Positions 26,579 to 38,600 of a DNA stretch of 53,296 nucleotides are shown here, piece after piece (the first letter of the stretch is position 1; every line of letters starts with the position of its first letter). The notes beneath the pieces are model-generated. The model did no database searches. It was not told the DNA's origin and saw only the letters and a program-made list of their open reading frames with translations. The position numbers and the translations under genes are program-made. The DNA comes from Catajapyx aquilonaris (lineage: Eukaryota). The stretch covers positions 62,001 through 115,296 of the forward strand of contig JYFJ02000694.1 of assembly GCA_000934665.2 (NCBI GenBank), given 5' to 3'.

Positions 26579-27896
26579 ATGAATGAGACGCATGACCTGG
26601 ACGCGATTAGTGATGCCCCCCGGATGAACGCCAGCAACGCGAGCACCGGGGGGATGAACAATGGCTACGAACGAAACGAGGAGCTGGCCAAGGTGGAGAT
26701 TGGCATCTTGTCCACCATCTTTGTTTTGACTGTGATCGGTAACTCCATGGTGCCGTTCGCCATCTTCCTCAAGAGGAAGAAGATGTCCAGGATGTACTAT
26801 TTCATCCTCCACCTTAGTATCGCAGATCTCATTACCGCCTTCTTCAACGTGCTGACCCAGCTTTGTTGGGAGGTGACGTACAGGTTCGTCGGCGGGAACT
26901 TCATGTGCAAGTTTATCAAGTACATGCAAATATTAGGCCCCTACCTCAGTTCCTATGTGTTAGTTATGACTGCAATTGACCGTTACCAGGCTATCTGCTA
27001 CCCTTTGTCCAACTGCTCATGGACGCCCAGGAGGTCAAAGATCATGATCGGGATCTCCTGGATCATCTCACTTCTGATGTGCGTGCCGCAAACATTCATA
27101 TTCTCATTCATGGAAGTGACCGACGGTGTGTACGACTGTTGGGCCACTTTCGTCGAGCCCTGGGGTACGCGCGCCTACGTTACGTGGTACGGTCTTACTG
27201 TGTTCATAATCCCATTAGTGATCCTAGTGTTTGCCTACACCTGCATCTGCCGAGCTATTTGGGTCAACTTTAATCTGAAAGTTGACAAGGACAATACCAG
27301 ACTCACTCACGAGGAAGTGACTCTGAACAGTCCGCGGAAACGGCGGTGGTACTTCTGCTGCAAACCACGACGAGAACGGAAGATGCTGTACTGGTGCGCG
27401 TCAGACAGATTCTCATCCAGCTCGTCCTCTTCGAACTGTGCTCAAGAGCGTCTCTACCCCGAGAGACGTGGGAAGGTCAACTCAGACTCTGCCCGTACCA
27501 AATACTACAACTTCGCCAACCACCACGACTGCAAAGAGACACTACTCCATCCGGGGGTGCCTGTGACTGTGACAGGTGCCAACGGGTCAGTGCCTCCCAA
27601 GGATAGCGATAGTAGCAAGAGGAGGACACCGGGGCGTCTGTCAGTCCTGATTGGCCGCAATCACAGGTCACATCAGGCGACTAATTCTCTGGAGAGAAGT
27701 TCCAGCAATGCGGATGCTGGTAGGGTTTACAACCCGAGGACGCATTCGGTCAAGGGCATTTCACGGGCCAAGATAAAGACGGTGAAGCTGACCGTCACGG
27801 TGATTTTGTGTTATATCGTGTGCTCGTCGCCCTTCATCGCTGCTCAGCTGTGGGCCACGTGGGATCCGCTTGCTACCCAGTCACCTTTCTGGTCAG
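26579..27896 (+). CDS. Oxytocin/vasopressin-like (inotocin) peptide receptor, class A GPCR; first coding exon, TM1-TM6
   Basis: RNEELAKVEI before TM1, SRMYYFILHLSIADL, DRYQAIC, DCWATF.EPWG.RAYVTW and ISRAKIKTVK are OT/VP-receptor family signatures. Three N-terminal N-glycosylation sequons. Strong tcag|gtaag donor (phase 1) after ECL3; the ORF past 27896 lacks TM7/NPxxY. Confidence 0.95.
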
Positions 27897-29285
27897 GTAA
27901 GAAGTTGCCCTTGACTACATTCCATGTTCGTGACGTTGTGATGATGATGTCCCGGTCACTGTTTCGATGCCAAACCACTATTTGGATAGCGGGTAACTAC
28001 GACTGCGAACCGTATTTTTTTCAATCTTTCTCTTGGATCCAGCAGTCGAGAGTAATTAGGGGGGAAGGTGGTGGGAGAGTAAAAAGTGAAGACACTTTGT
28101 GGTCGATTTTGCTTGAGGGCGTCGCAAAATGCCGTAAATAATGAATGGATTTTCAAGTACCTGCACGGAAATATTTGATGAAAATTAGCCCTCCGGTACT
28201 CCGAATTTTAACGCCTCTCTGGGGAACCTAGAGTGGCCATTCATCTCCCCTCCAGTCTGTTGATTTATACTCACCTGTCGCATACCTCTACATTTCCGCA
28301 CGTGGTATGGGTTTCCTCCAATCGCGGGTATTAAATTTGCAAAATAAAAAAGCGTGTGAACGTTTTTCACTCACTGTCAGACTTAATTTTAGTGTAGACT
28401 TATACTGTTGAAGTTATATAGTTTTCATATTGCATCATGTTCAACGAATTTTTGTCCCGTTGCGCAGATTTCTTCCGATGTGACCTTTTGGGCAGCCCAA
28501 CCCTTCAACATGAAATTTTGGCGTACTTTCCGACTCGGTAGAGCCGTGGATCGCAAATTAAACTAGTGTTGCATAAGTGCGAATGAGAGGAAACTATATT
28601 GCTAACTTTGGAGGGTTTGCCGGTAAGGGTTTCCCTAAAAACTAACTTTTATTACGCCTGAACTATTTCCAATTCCTAATTAAAAGCTTTGTCCTCTCAG
28701 AGAGGCCCTCTCTTTTAACTCAACCCCACTTTATAAGGTTAAAAATTCAAGTCCTACGGAAATGGAACAAACAGTATTCGAGTGTATGAAACAAAGGGCT
28801 TGTTTCAATCGTAATTCGGACAAAACTATATTATTATTTAAAAGGTAATCACATTTCGTTGATCAGTCAGCATTTGAGTATAGTGTTGTTCAGGCACCAT
28901 TAATTCCAGCTATATACTCATTGACCCAAAATTCAATGATATTCAAACAGCAGCGGGCCGGCCTCCTGAGATGGCCTGCGCATCAAGCGTATATCGTATA
29001 TTAAACAAATGTTTGCCATGTGGATAGATTCGACACAATGAAACAAAGCACACTGATACCGTTGCACACCGATTCTCCGTAATTTAGTTTGCATTATTCC
29101 TGGGCTCACTCAGTTTGGAATAATAAGCACCACGTTCAATTATCTCTCGAGAGCTGTTCAAGCAGAAGCGTATGGATACAAATCGCGGTTGTAAACTTTT
29201 TCGAGGCATACATATTCATTTTATATCGATTACAAAATAAGGAAGATGCGCAGTACTAACAACATGCTAATCCTGACTGACACTG

Positions 29286-29361
29286 ACCTTTCAATTTTTT
29301 TGTTCAATTTCGTAAAAATCGTCACGATTGTTACGAAATTGAACAAAAAAATTTGAAAGGT
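29286..29361. repeat. Near-perfect 76-bp palindrome
   Basis: acctttcaatttttttgttcaatttcgtaaaaatcgt-c-acgattgttacgaaattgaacaaaaaaatttgaaaggt; one mismatch, one indel, 1-nt loop. Confidence 0.95.
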
Positions 29362-32300
29362 TAAAAGATGGTTTATGAGTTTAATCATGACATGCTGAAA
29401 TTGGTTTTCTGCAAAAGTAGCCATATTCGCGAGAAGTGTATGCGTTAGTGAATAAGAATAATAAGCGGTGAGTATCATTTTAAAGCATTGAGTGCAAAAA
29501 AAATGCTGACCTTGTACATCGCGTGATGCAGCACAGCTTCACAGATCCGTCCCGATATCTGGACATTTTCATTCAGTCGGTATTACGAGGGTTTCGCAAT
29601 GCGAATGAAAAATCCGGAAGTACCAACATTCCACTTCCAACACATGACTGAAATTCACATGCCATAACATGTTAACGCACCAAAAAATTCTGGACCCTTT
29701 GCTGCATCTAAATTTTTGGCCTAAACTATCCTGGTTGTATACTATTTCAGTGTGAATAATTATGATCTAGAAGTTTATTGCTTTGCTTATATGCAAATTG
29801 GCGCGGCCAAAAGAGGTAAGGCCCTTTGAAAGTATACACACTCCCCACTAAGAATGAGCACGCGTAGTTCCTGTTGAGCCTACACAGTCCTTCTAGCAAG
29901 GTGTGCTGTTAAGTACTTGAACAACTTTCTATGCTGGCGGGGTAAAGGAGCATAAAAACTTGTTAGACTTATTGCGCCGACACTGAAAGCGCTTCTTTTT
30001 GCTCTCATTATACTCTTGTCCTCGCACATTCTTGGGCGTAGGAAGTACTTGTTTACCATTTAGCATAGTATTTGTCAGTGCGCAATTATGGAGGTGAGAG
30101 AAATTAATCATAAAAATTATTATGGGGTATGCACCAATAATTATATTTCGGAACGTGAGGCTGATTGTGGGAAAGAGCGTGATGAAAGTATAGGATATCA
30201 TACTTTAAAATCATTTTCAATTGGACTTTCGATTTGTTAAAAGTTTGAGATGGAGATGAGGCTTCGTGATTTGAGAACGTCGTGACTCAGCCGGGTTCGA
30301 CGACCAGGTGAAGTTATATAAGTGACGGATTTTTTTCTCCGCTTCACTGACCGTGTAACCCTGTAGGCCGGAGGGAAATCAATCACGGGAAGACTGCTTT
30401 GCAAGCTCACGTATAATGCGCAAAATAATGGTGTTAGCACTGAAATTTTTCTCCCTGTAATGACATGAATAGTGTAGGAGTGATGTATGTCCCACATTAT
30501 TTAAAAGATTTATTCTTTAAAAAAAATTGGATCTTGACAATGAGATATTTTCAGAGTATTATTCCTGGCACATAAAAACGGGATAAAAAAAACGTCAGAC
30601 ATGTTTTGTTAGCAAACTTCTCGTTAATAAAGGAAACATTATACTGTGCCTACGCGAATCTTTTTCAAATTTTGCTCTGCTAATGCTAAGGAGCTTAGTG
30701 GAAGAAGCATTCTAAGCATTTATGCAGGATAGTAGATTATACGCGAATCCGCATGAATCAGTATAAATTTGACCTTTTTGATGACAAGTTACTATTTTGT
30801 GATTATTGACCTTTAATTCTGACGTCCTCTGTGCCATGACAGATTTAGATTAGATTTGTGGGTTTTAATATCCATACATCAAATATTCAACACCTGTCTT
30901 TGAAAATCATTGAAGCACTTAAGTTCAACCTTGTTTGCTGTCCACCTGGATAATTGAAGGACTTGGGCGATAACGAGAGGGGAATTCTTGGAACTAGATA
31001 AAAAAACACGTGATGCCTCATGTGCTTGAGCGTGTAAAAAAGAATCAAATAAAAACTGAATGCCACGTAACACTGCAAGTCCCTAGCAGCCTTGCATATA
31101 CGTACATCGTACATGTTACAGCAACTGGGTGACAAAATAAACCTGACTTTTGTGTTTATGGCACGTTAACGCCATTACATGGCACCTCGGTGGGATATCC
31201 CACCTCGTTAATTCGATGACAGCTTCGTAATTACGTTACAGAAGGTAAACAGGCGAAACTGCGGTAAACTCAATTAGCCTGCGGAAGTCATTCAACCCCA
31301 AAATTTTAAAGCTGACATTATTTGAACGTACTTTATTGAGATTACTAATTAAAGTGGTTCTGCCGCTCTAGTTTAATAATTAAGCAGAGTTAAAGGAGTG
31401 TGTAACTAAAGACAATAGCCATAATATCTACCTAATGTGTACTCTCTCCCTCGAGTTGATTACATAATAAATAACGTATCCAAGCCTCCAGAATGGATGA
31501 CAAAAATACTGTGCAACCATTTCATTTGCATGTGTATAGCGTATACATGTCCTTCAAAATGGTCTTGATCTTAGTTTCTCCGACTTGCATAAATTCATTC
31601 CTACTGAATGAATGCTAAAGAGATTAGCGGCGGAATTTAATCAAATTATACACTAAAACCTGCCGGATGACATATACCCGCCTTAAGTGGGTTGTGTTCT
31701 CAGGCTTCGATTGCGGTTGATATACGTAGTAGTAGCGCAAGTTATATCAAGATGAATGACTGCTTGTTGTATCTAAGGGTCTCTGTAAATCTTCGTGTTT
31801 TTTGCACCGTAAATGGCTGGTTAAGAGAACTAAAAGAACCGTCTTAGCGTCTACTAAATTGTACTAAATGGAGGTGGTAAAAAGGAACAAAAGACTAATG
31901 AAAATGTGGCTTACAGGACTAATTCCGTTATTTCCGCAGCTAATGGCTACTCGTTTGAGTAATTTTGAGAAATTTTCGACACTAATTCTGTTGTCACAAA
32001 AATAGAGTCGCACTGTAGGTTCTCTCTCTCTGGCTCTGTAGAAATGGAAAGAAGGATATGGTCTTACGTGAAACCTAATACCTAATGTACAGTACTGTAG
32101 TTCGAAAAAAATGTGTGAGACCCTCCGCATCCCCTGAGCCATACTTAAACTACCACATCTTCATAAAAGCGCAGAAAAGCAGATAAAAGTTGCTGAATAG
32201 CCTACACTCAGTAATATAGGAGTAATAATCGCGTGCCCATTAGTGCTATCTGACTGATCTGCAGCTGTCCAGACCTACTGGGAATTTCTCATCCCCCTAA

Positions 32301-34944
32301 AAACTCTGAAGATTCTGTACTATGGCACAAGATGGGTCAACATACTCGTTAGAAAACTTCTAGGATCAAGAGTAAAACACGATCACATTAACCAACTAAT
32401 TGGGGTCACATAGGCTATCCAGAGTTCGATGTAACGACAAAAATGATATATTGGACCATATGCCCCCACACAATGCAGATTGTGCTGTATTGTATTGTCT
32501 GTGCATATGAATTACATATTATGTAATCATAGACCTATAGAATAGTTGCTCAGATATCGGAATGATGGTTCAAGAGCCTCCAATATGGTGCCACATCCAT
32601 ACGTATATTTGTGTAAGGTGGGAGTATTCCACGTATACGTACAGTATATATACAGTTCCGAAAACGTCTTGTTTAGACTGGATTTGCCCCAATGAAATGC
32701 AACTATAATGTACTGCGCATCAGTGCGCATTTTTTCCATAACACCTATGATGTCATGCCGCAAAGAAAATATTTAACAAAAATTTGGCAAATCGATAATC
32801 GATAATGATATTGACAGAAAAAATCAACGCGGTCAGCTTATGTAATCCTCTGGGTCCTCCCGCATGGGTGATCACAGCACACACATGCCATTATTTATGA
32901 TCAAGGTATATACCATCGGTATGTGATATGCAAGGCTGATGGCAGGTTATCACAACAAAAAACACTGACTATTTATTAATATTTTAATTTAGTACCAGTA
33001 TGTGAAATTGATTAGTGCCTTTGAACCCATCCCTGCTTGAAAAACGATGCCACATATTCACAAAAAATAGGTCGTAGATATTCTTAGAAGTGTCACTCGT
33101 AATTATTAACAAAATGGCAGCACGGTTTCATTTGCCTGAAGCTCTTCTTACTTTATGAGCTTTCATTAGGAAAGGTTACACCAAAGCTGCGGGAAGCCGC
33201 TTAGGTCCACTCCGGGAAGACTCAAATGGTAACACGATGAGGCATTGTTATGGAGTGGTCACCATCTGATATCAAATAGCCAACCATTTTCGTGTTTAAC
33301 ATCCAGTTGTAAATGGACTCCTGTAATCCACGTTGGAGATTCATTTTGCAAAGCTCGCATTTTGAATTCAGGGCAGATTAGAGGAACGTTAAGTAAAACA
33401 AATAGCTACTTCCGGAATCAGAGCCGTTTGCTATTTATTAAACGTGTTTAAAGGCTCTGGAGCAGATTTAGGTACCCGACCTGCTTCCTTTTCATCCGGT
33501 ATATATGAATGTATGACAATAACATAACTACTTTTTTTACCTGGTTCTCAGCAGGGAGTATATGCGTGCTTAAATTTAGTAAAGTGTTTACGAATGACTT
33601 TTCTGTCACCTGAGTGACCCTTGGACTGCTGCCAATATGGCCTACCGCAGCCTAGTCGAAGTTGAGAACAATACCCTTCGTCGACAATGTTCGAAAAGCT
33701 ATTTAAGGTACTACGGTCGCGCCTTTCATAATGGTCGATTGAAATGCAAGCAAACAAATCAGCTGGGTGATAAAAGACTCTTCCTGGAGATAAAAGAGCG
33801 GTGCAGCCAGCCGGGTCAAAGTGTCGAGCATTATGGCATTAGGTCACGTAGTAATAATATCATAGGTTATGCAATAACTCTGGAACAAGCTATATAGTAT
33901 GTAGGTCACAATCGTGCTGGTGCCTAGAAGAGAATTATTAGACTTACATGTCGCAGCAGCCTATTATTACTGTATTATTAAGTAACTGGCGTTGTGAAAC
34001 TGCGGTACAATATTTAGAGAGGAAATTATGCTTGACTGTACGGGTTACACGTTGACGCTTGCAGGCTTGGGAATTGTTCCTGGAAAATGTATGGGACGGT
34101 TAATAATATTTGTGTAGCAAAGAACTATTTGAAAAAGCCGATCTGTAGTATGTATGTTTCAAACATTCAAGGCTCAAGTGCTCGTAATAATGTGCTCGTA
34201 ATAATGGCTTTCAAACTGAGATTGCACGAAGACAACTGGAAGGTATATTGTCAGCTCGTGTATGAACAATAGTGTCTGCCATCAAAGGCCTTCCGCATCG
34301 AATCCAATCACATATTGGTCCAAATCACTAACAGCATCAGTCTGTAATCAGTTTTTGAAGTTTTGTCATAATTATGGCATAACATAGATGTTGGCTCCGG
34401 ATATAACAGCCTCGGCTATAACATATTATTGGTTATAGCAGACTCGAAAGGCTGGCTCCGCCATTCCTCCATCTTTGGGCTGTGTATTTGATTATAACTT
34501 AACTCGGTTACGACCCTGATTTCCGCGCTCCCTTCAAGTCTGTTATATCCGAAGTATACTTTATATGTTTTAAAAGCATCTTTCCAATGTCACTTTGCGC
34601 CATTTCATTAGGTTTGTGCTTAAGTAACTGATGACTCTCTGCTATGTTGGCAAAATCCGAACCAGGAAACTTGTGCAAAGTTTTCCTTTGATGTACAGTA
34701 CTGTACGTATGACTTTGTAAGAGCTTTTGGTACTTGCTGCAGTATATCTCCGCACGAGTTGGAGTGTTTTTCACGCCATCGAATAGTTTCGCGTGATAAA
34801 TTCGATTTTTTTTCATTGTTTGGCACTCAGAGCATTGTAATGTCCATTCTTCAATTGTCGGGGACCACATACTTTCCTAGCTACCTAAATGATCCAAAAT
34901 ATTACCTTTCAAAATGTATGATATATAGCACGGTGTATAATTAG

Positions 34945-35660
34945 GAGAAACCTTTTGGCTCTCCAAACGAACCGGTGTGGTGGGGCGAAGTGAACGAAAA
35001 TTGGCAAGGAGCTAATCCAAAGGACAACCGTGTGCCGCGCCCCCGAGAAGGTCAGAACGTCTTCGATTGAATGACCAAGATGTTACTGAGAACATATAAA
35101 AACATATAGAGGAATCGAATTTCATTGGATGAAACTTCATACCCTTTCTGTGCTTGATTTTTCTGCCTGCAATCAAGGGAATCCCATTTTAGTCAAGTAA
35201 CGTATTTAGGGAACACCAGGGAGACAGAAAGTCATTACTATACCGTTGGCAAGCTACCAGCAGGACGGACAATTTTTACTACAGAGCCGCGTGGACCACA
35301 GTTCGATATGGTGCTTCACAAAGAATTTCGTCAGGCACATCAAAAAGTGGTTGCAATCATGACTGTATTCTGGTGAAAAGCAATGATTGTCATAATTGTT
35401 TGCATACTTTTATACCAACAAGTAAATGGGCCTCGAAAAAATTAATCTCGATTTGAAATTGTGCCATGATAATATACATTCGGTGTAAATATTGATTCAT
35501 TAGACCTGATTACTCGCATTATGCTGCGTCGGATGTTTGCAAAATAGTTAAACAAGCGCGAGCAAAGTTTATGCTTGTGCTAAATAACGTAATTAAGGGC
35601 GCCAGTGATGAAACCATTGTGTAAGCCACATATTGCAGGCCAATAAAACTATCGATATCT
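34945..35660 (+). mobile_element. Decayed pogo-like (DDE_1) transposase
   Basis: Ordered remnants: NRISLDETS (35113-35139, cf. RIxNxDET), GRQKVITI...DGQFL (35219-), SKSGC (~35340, cf. SxxGW), SHILQ (35624-, cf. SHxLQPLD). Confidence 0.55.
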
Positions 35661-38600
35661 CAGAAAATATTGCATGCAATATTATTCCCAAGGATATTCT
35701 CTGCAGCTCATGCATGCCGTCCTATTCCACGAGTCTATTAGAACGAAGCAGCACAAAATGCGTCCGTTTTTCTCTCCGACGACAAACTTTGTGAAAGACA
35801 TGTTCAAGTTCTTACAATCTTCAATCCTGTCAGATCTATACTTCATCAATTTAAAATGGACAATAACCTGTCAAGCTGTCAAAAGAATGATGTATGCCAT
35901 AGCGTAAAGGACACAGTTCTTTCCCCTTATGCTGCAGTTCATTGAATTTTCTTCAAAATTTAAATGAAAATTCACCATTCATTAGTCTGAATTAGTTTAG
36001 AATATGTTTATCTTAGCAAAATGCGCAGCAATTATTGCAATAATCAATAGCCAACAGGATAATGACAAAAGTTATAAAATTACTCTTCTTTTTTGTGGAA
36101 TGAAGACTTGAAATGAAAAGCGATCAGAGTTTCATTTCGGTCGAAAATGAGTTAGGCTTTTTCGAATGTAGCCGATAACACGTGTTTTATAGGAGCCAAG
36201 TCAATTTTCTGGTAAAGCAATTTATTGCCCTGTATATAGAAAAAGTTTTCATAATAAATTACCCCCCATATAGGTGTAATCCAATCTACAAACTTCAAAC
36301 TGGCGTAGCTGGATATTAATCTAGCATGACATTGATCCTGCTGCATTTCAGGCCTTCAAATGATAAACAAACACTCGTGTATTAATGAAGAGCTCCAAAT
36401 ATCTGCGAGGCATGTCGCCCTTATAATTTCAGTGCCCCATGAAGAGTATACAGCATAATTTGCACGCAAAATGTTCACAAAATTCGATTAGCTTATATTT
36501 ACTTCGAGTGACTTGTCATACTGAAGATAAGGCAAGGGTGAGGCTTACATATACAAGCACGTACTGTACATTCTTTCATACTGTATATCTCGCTTCCCAT
36601 GACATTTACACAATTACGACATCTTGCATATACCATCACGCAATGCACGTCGCACACACATTGATCATATTGCAGGATATCATGCGACCATATACTGTCC
36701 TTTTATGACACATTCCTGCACTGTGTAAATTGAAATTGGACTATAGTTAGAGCCGCACTATAGCACACCTTAGACTTAGACGTATAGCCAAATGTCATTA
36801 TTTTCCTGATTGTAGTCTAGTATGTAGCATAATCTAAATCGCTTCTGCACGTGGCAACAATACCTCGAAGCCACAAATGATGGCCTAAAAATAAGCCAAG
36901 AAATCACCATACCCTTGACCATACCTGAATCATATCCAGTAGTTATATGTACTGCCCAGTGACCATCCTGCAAGGTGCAGGTTTCAAGACAGAATTGTTG
37001 TACTAATAGCATTTAACTATGATCACTATAGTCATTATAGCACGAAAAGTGATAAACATAGATCACGCTTAAAGTCTTTGACCATTTTGCTTGAGGAGAA
37101 CGAACCCCTGCTGAGTAATATTCGCGACATTTGCTACCTTACTAAGTTGCCATATGCAACAGCCTTGAGCAGTTACATTGCTACAATGTCAAAGTTGCAA
37201 TTAAAACCTCTCTACCTTGAGCCAAAACCCTCTATTAAAGTTGTGGTCATTACGCACGTCGATACACAAGGGTGTCACATGTAGGCTATATCTAGAGTAG
37301 CAGCTCTGCCTGTCCCAGATCAGAAATATTAGGTTGCCAAATATTGTCTTAAGCACCGCCATACGAAATTGTCACGTGCATATCGTTATTCCAAATTGTG
37401 TTAAAAGTTTAGACAGTTTCGTTCCACTATATATGATTAGCTCGGATAAAATTATTCTCAAGGAAATCCAATCATCCCTTAATGGCCCACGACACGACTC
37501 GGCCGACGCGCCTAAAAATAGCCAGGCTTCGCAAAAATACCAAGAACGTCGCGAAAAAAAATTGGCGCGATCTCAACCAGTATAACGTCCATAGTGTAAT
37601 TTTTGCCCGGGGAATAATAGTCTCCTGTAATCGCTTGGTGCCATTTTCTGGGTGAGTGATTTGTGAGTGCGGAAACCGTGCATACATCAATCCCTCGTTA
37701 TTAATGGACGAGAGTTCATGTGGACTCGTTTTTTATTGCGTGTGAAAAAAAATGGCCATGTTTTTACAGCTAAAGGCTCATGCTCACCGGTTCAGAAGCT
37801 GAAGAATCAGTCGCTTAGAGCTATAGGTGAGGGCCACTTTAATTGAAGGTGCTTTTTAAGTGGCCTTCCCTGTAAGCGCCTGGAATATGTGATGACTCCA
37901 CTTTGCACTTTTTGCAGTGATATTTTCAGCACCACAACTGGGGCGTAACTTTAATTAATAAATATGATAGTTAACAACATAATGTAACGAGATGATGAAA
38001 AAGTGCTCCTCTACATCAATATATAACTTGTAGCAATAATAATGATGTCGCCTCGGCCTATAGTGGAACGATGTGCAGTTGGTGAAGCTTTAATAATTAA
38101 AAAGGAGTGAAAAATCTCAGATTTAGTGATACCGTACCTGGAAAGTGCTACGAAAAATATTACGCTCATTGTACCCTCAAGCATACAAAAATGCACATAA
38201 AAATGCTAAAATTAACTAATTTGGTTCCACACTCCAGAGAAGAGATAACTTACAAAAATTAATAATGACATTATTATCAGCGGGCTGGTTAGTTTGCGTG
38301 TAATTTCTTCCTGCTAAAACAATGCATCATAATTTGTTATTTATTAATCCTGTTCGAGTAATTAGGATTTCTGCTCACCATGACACCTTTGAAGAAACCA
38401 CCAATGCGTTGAAAAACTGCAAAAATTATGCCGCCCACACTAAATGCCCTAAAGGGGTGAAAAACAATGTTGGTTTCGGCAGCAAACCTCCGATCGATTG
38501 GATCACAATCTAACTGGCAATGTCGGCAGCACCGGTTCAGACTAGAAAATGGATTTTTTATCGTCTCTTCTCCGCAACTTAAACAAAAAGGGGCATGCTT

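Noticed and set aside
26192..26929. 245-aa minus-strand ORF
   Set aside because: Antisense shadow of the GC3-rich receptor exon; no recognisable domain.
26579..27896. CCAP, AKH or corazonin receptor identity
   Set aside because: RNEELAKVE, EPWG.RAYVTW and ISRAKIKTVK fit the OT/VP-type subfamily better.
26579..28141. 520-aa ORF as a complete single-exon receptor
   Set aside because: Lacks TM7/NPxxY; similarity ends at a consensus donor at 27897.
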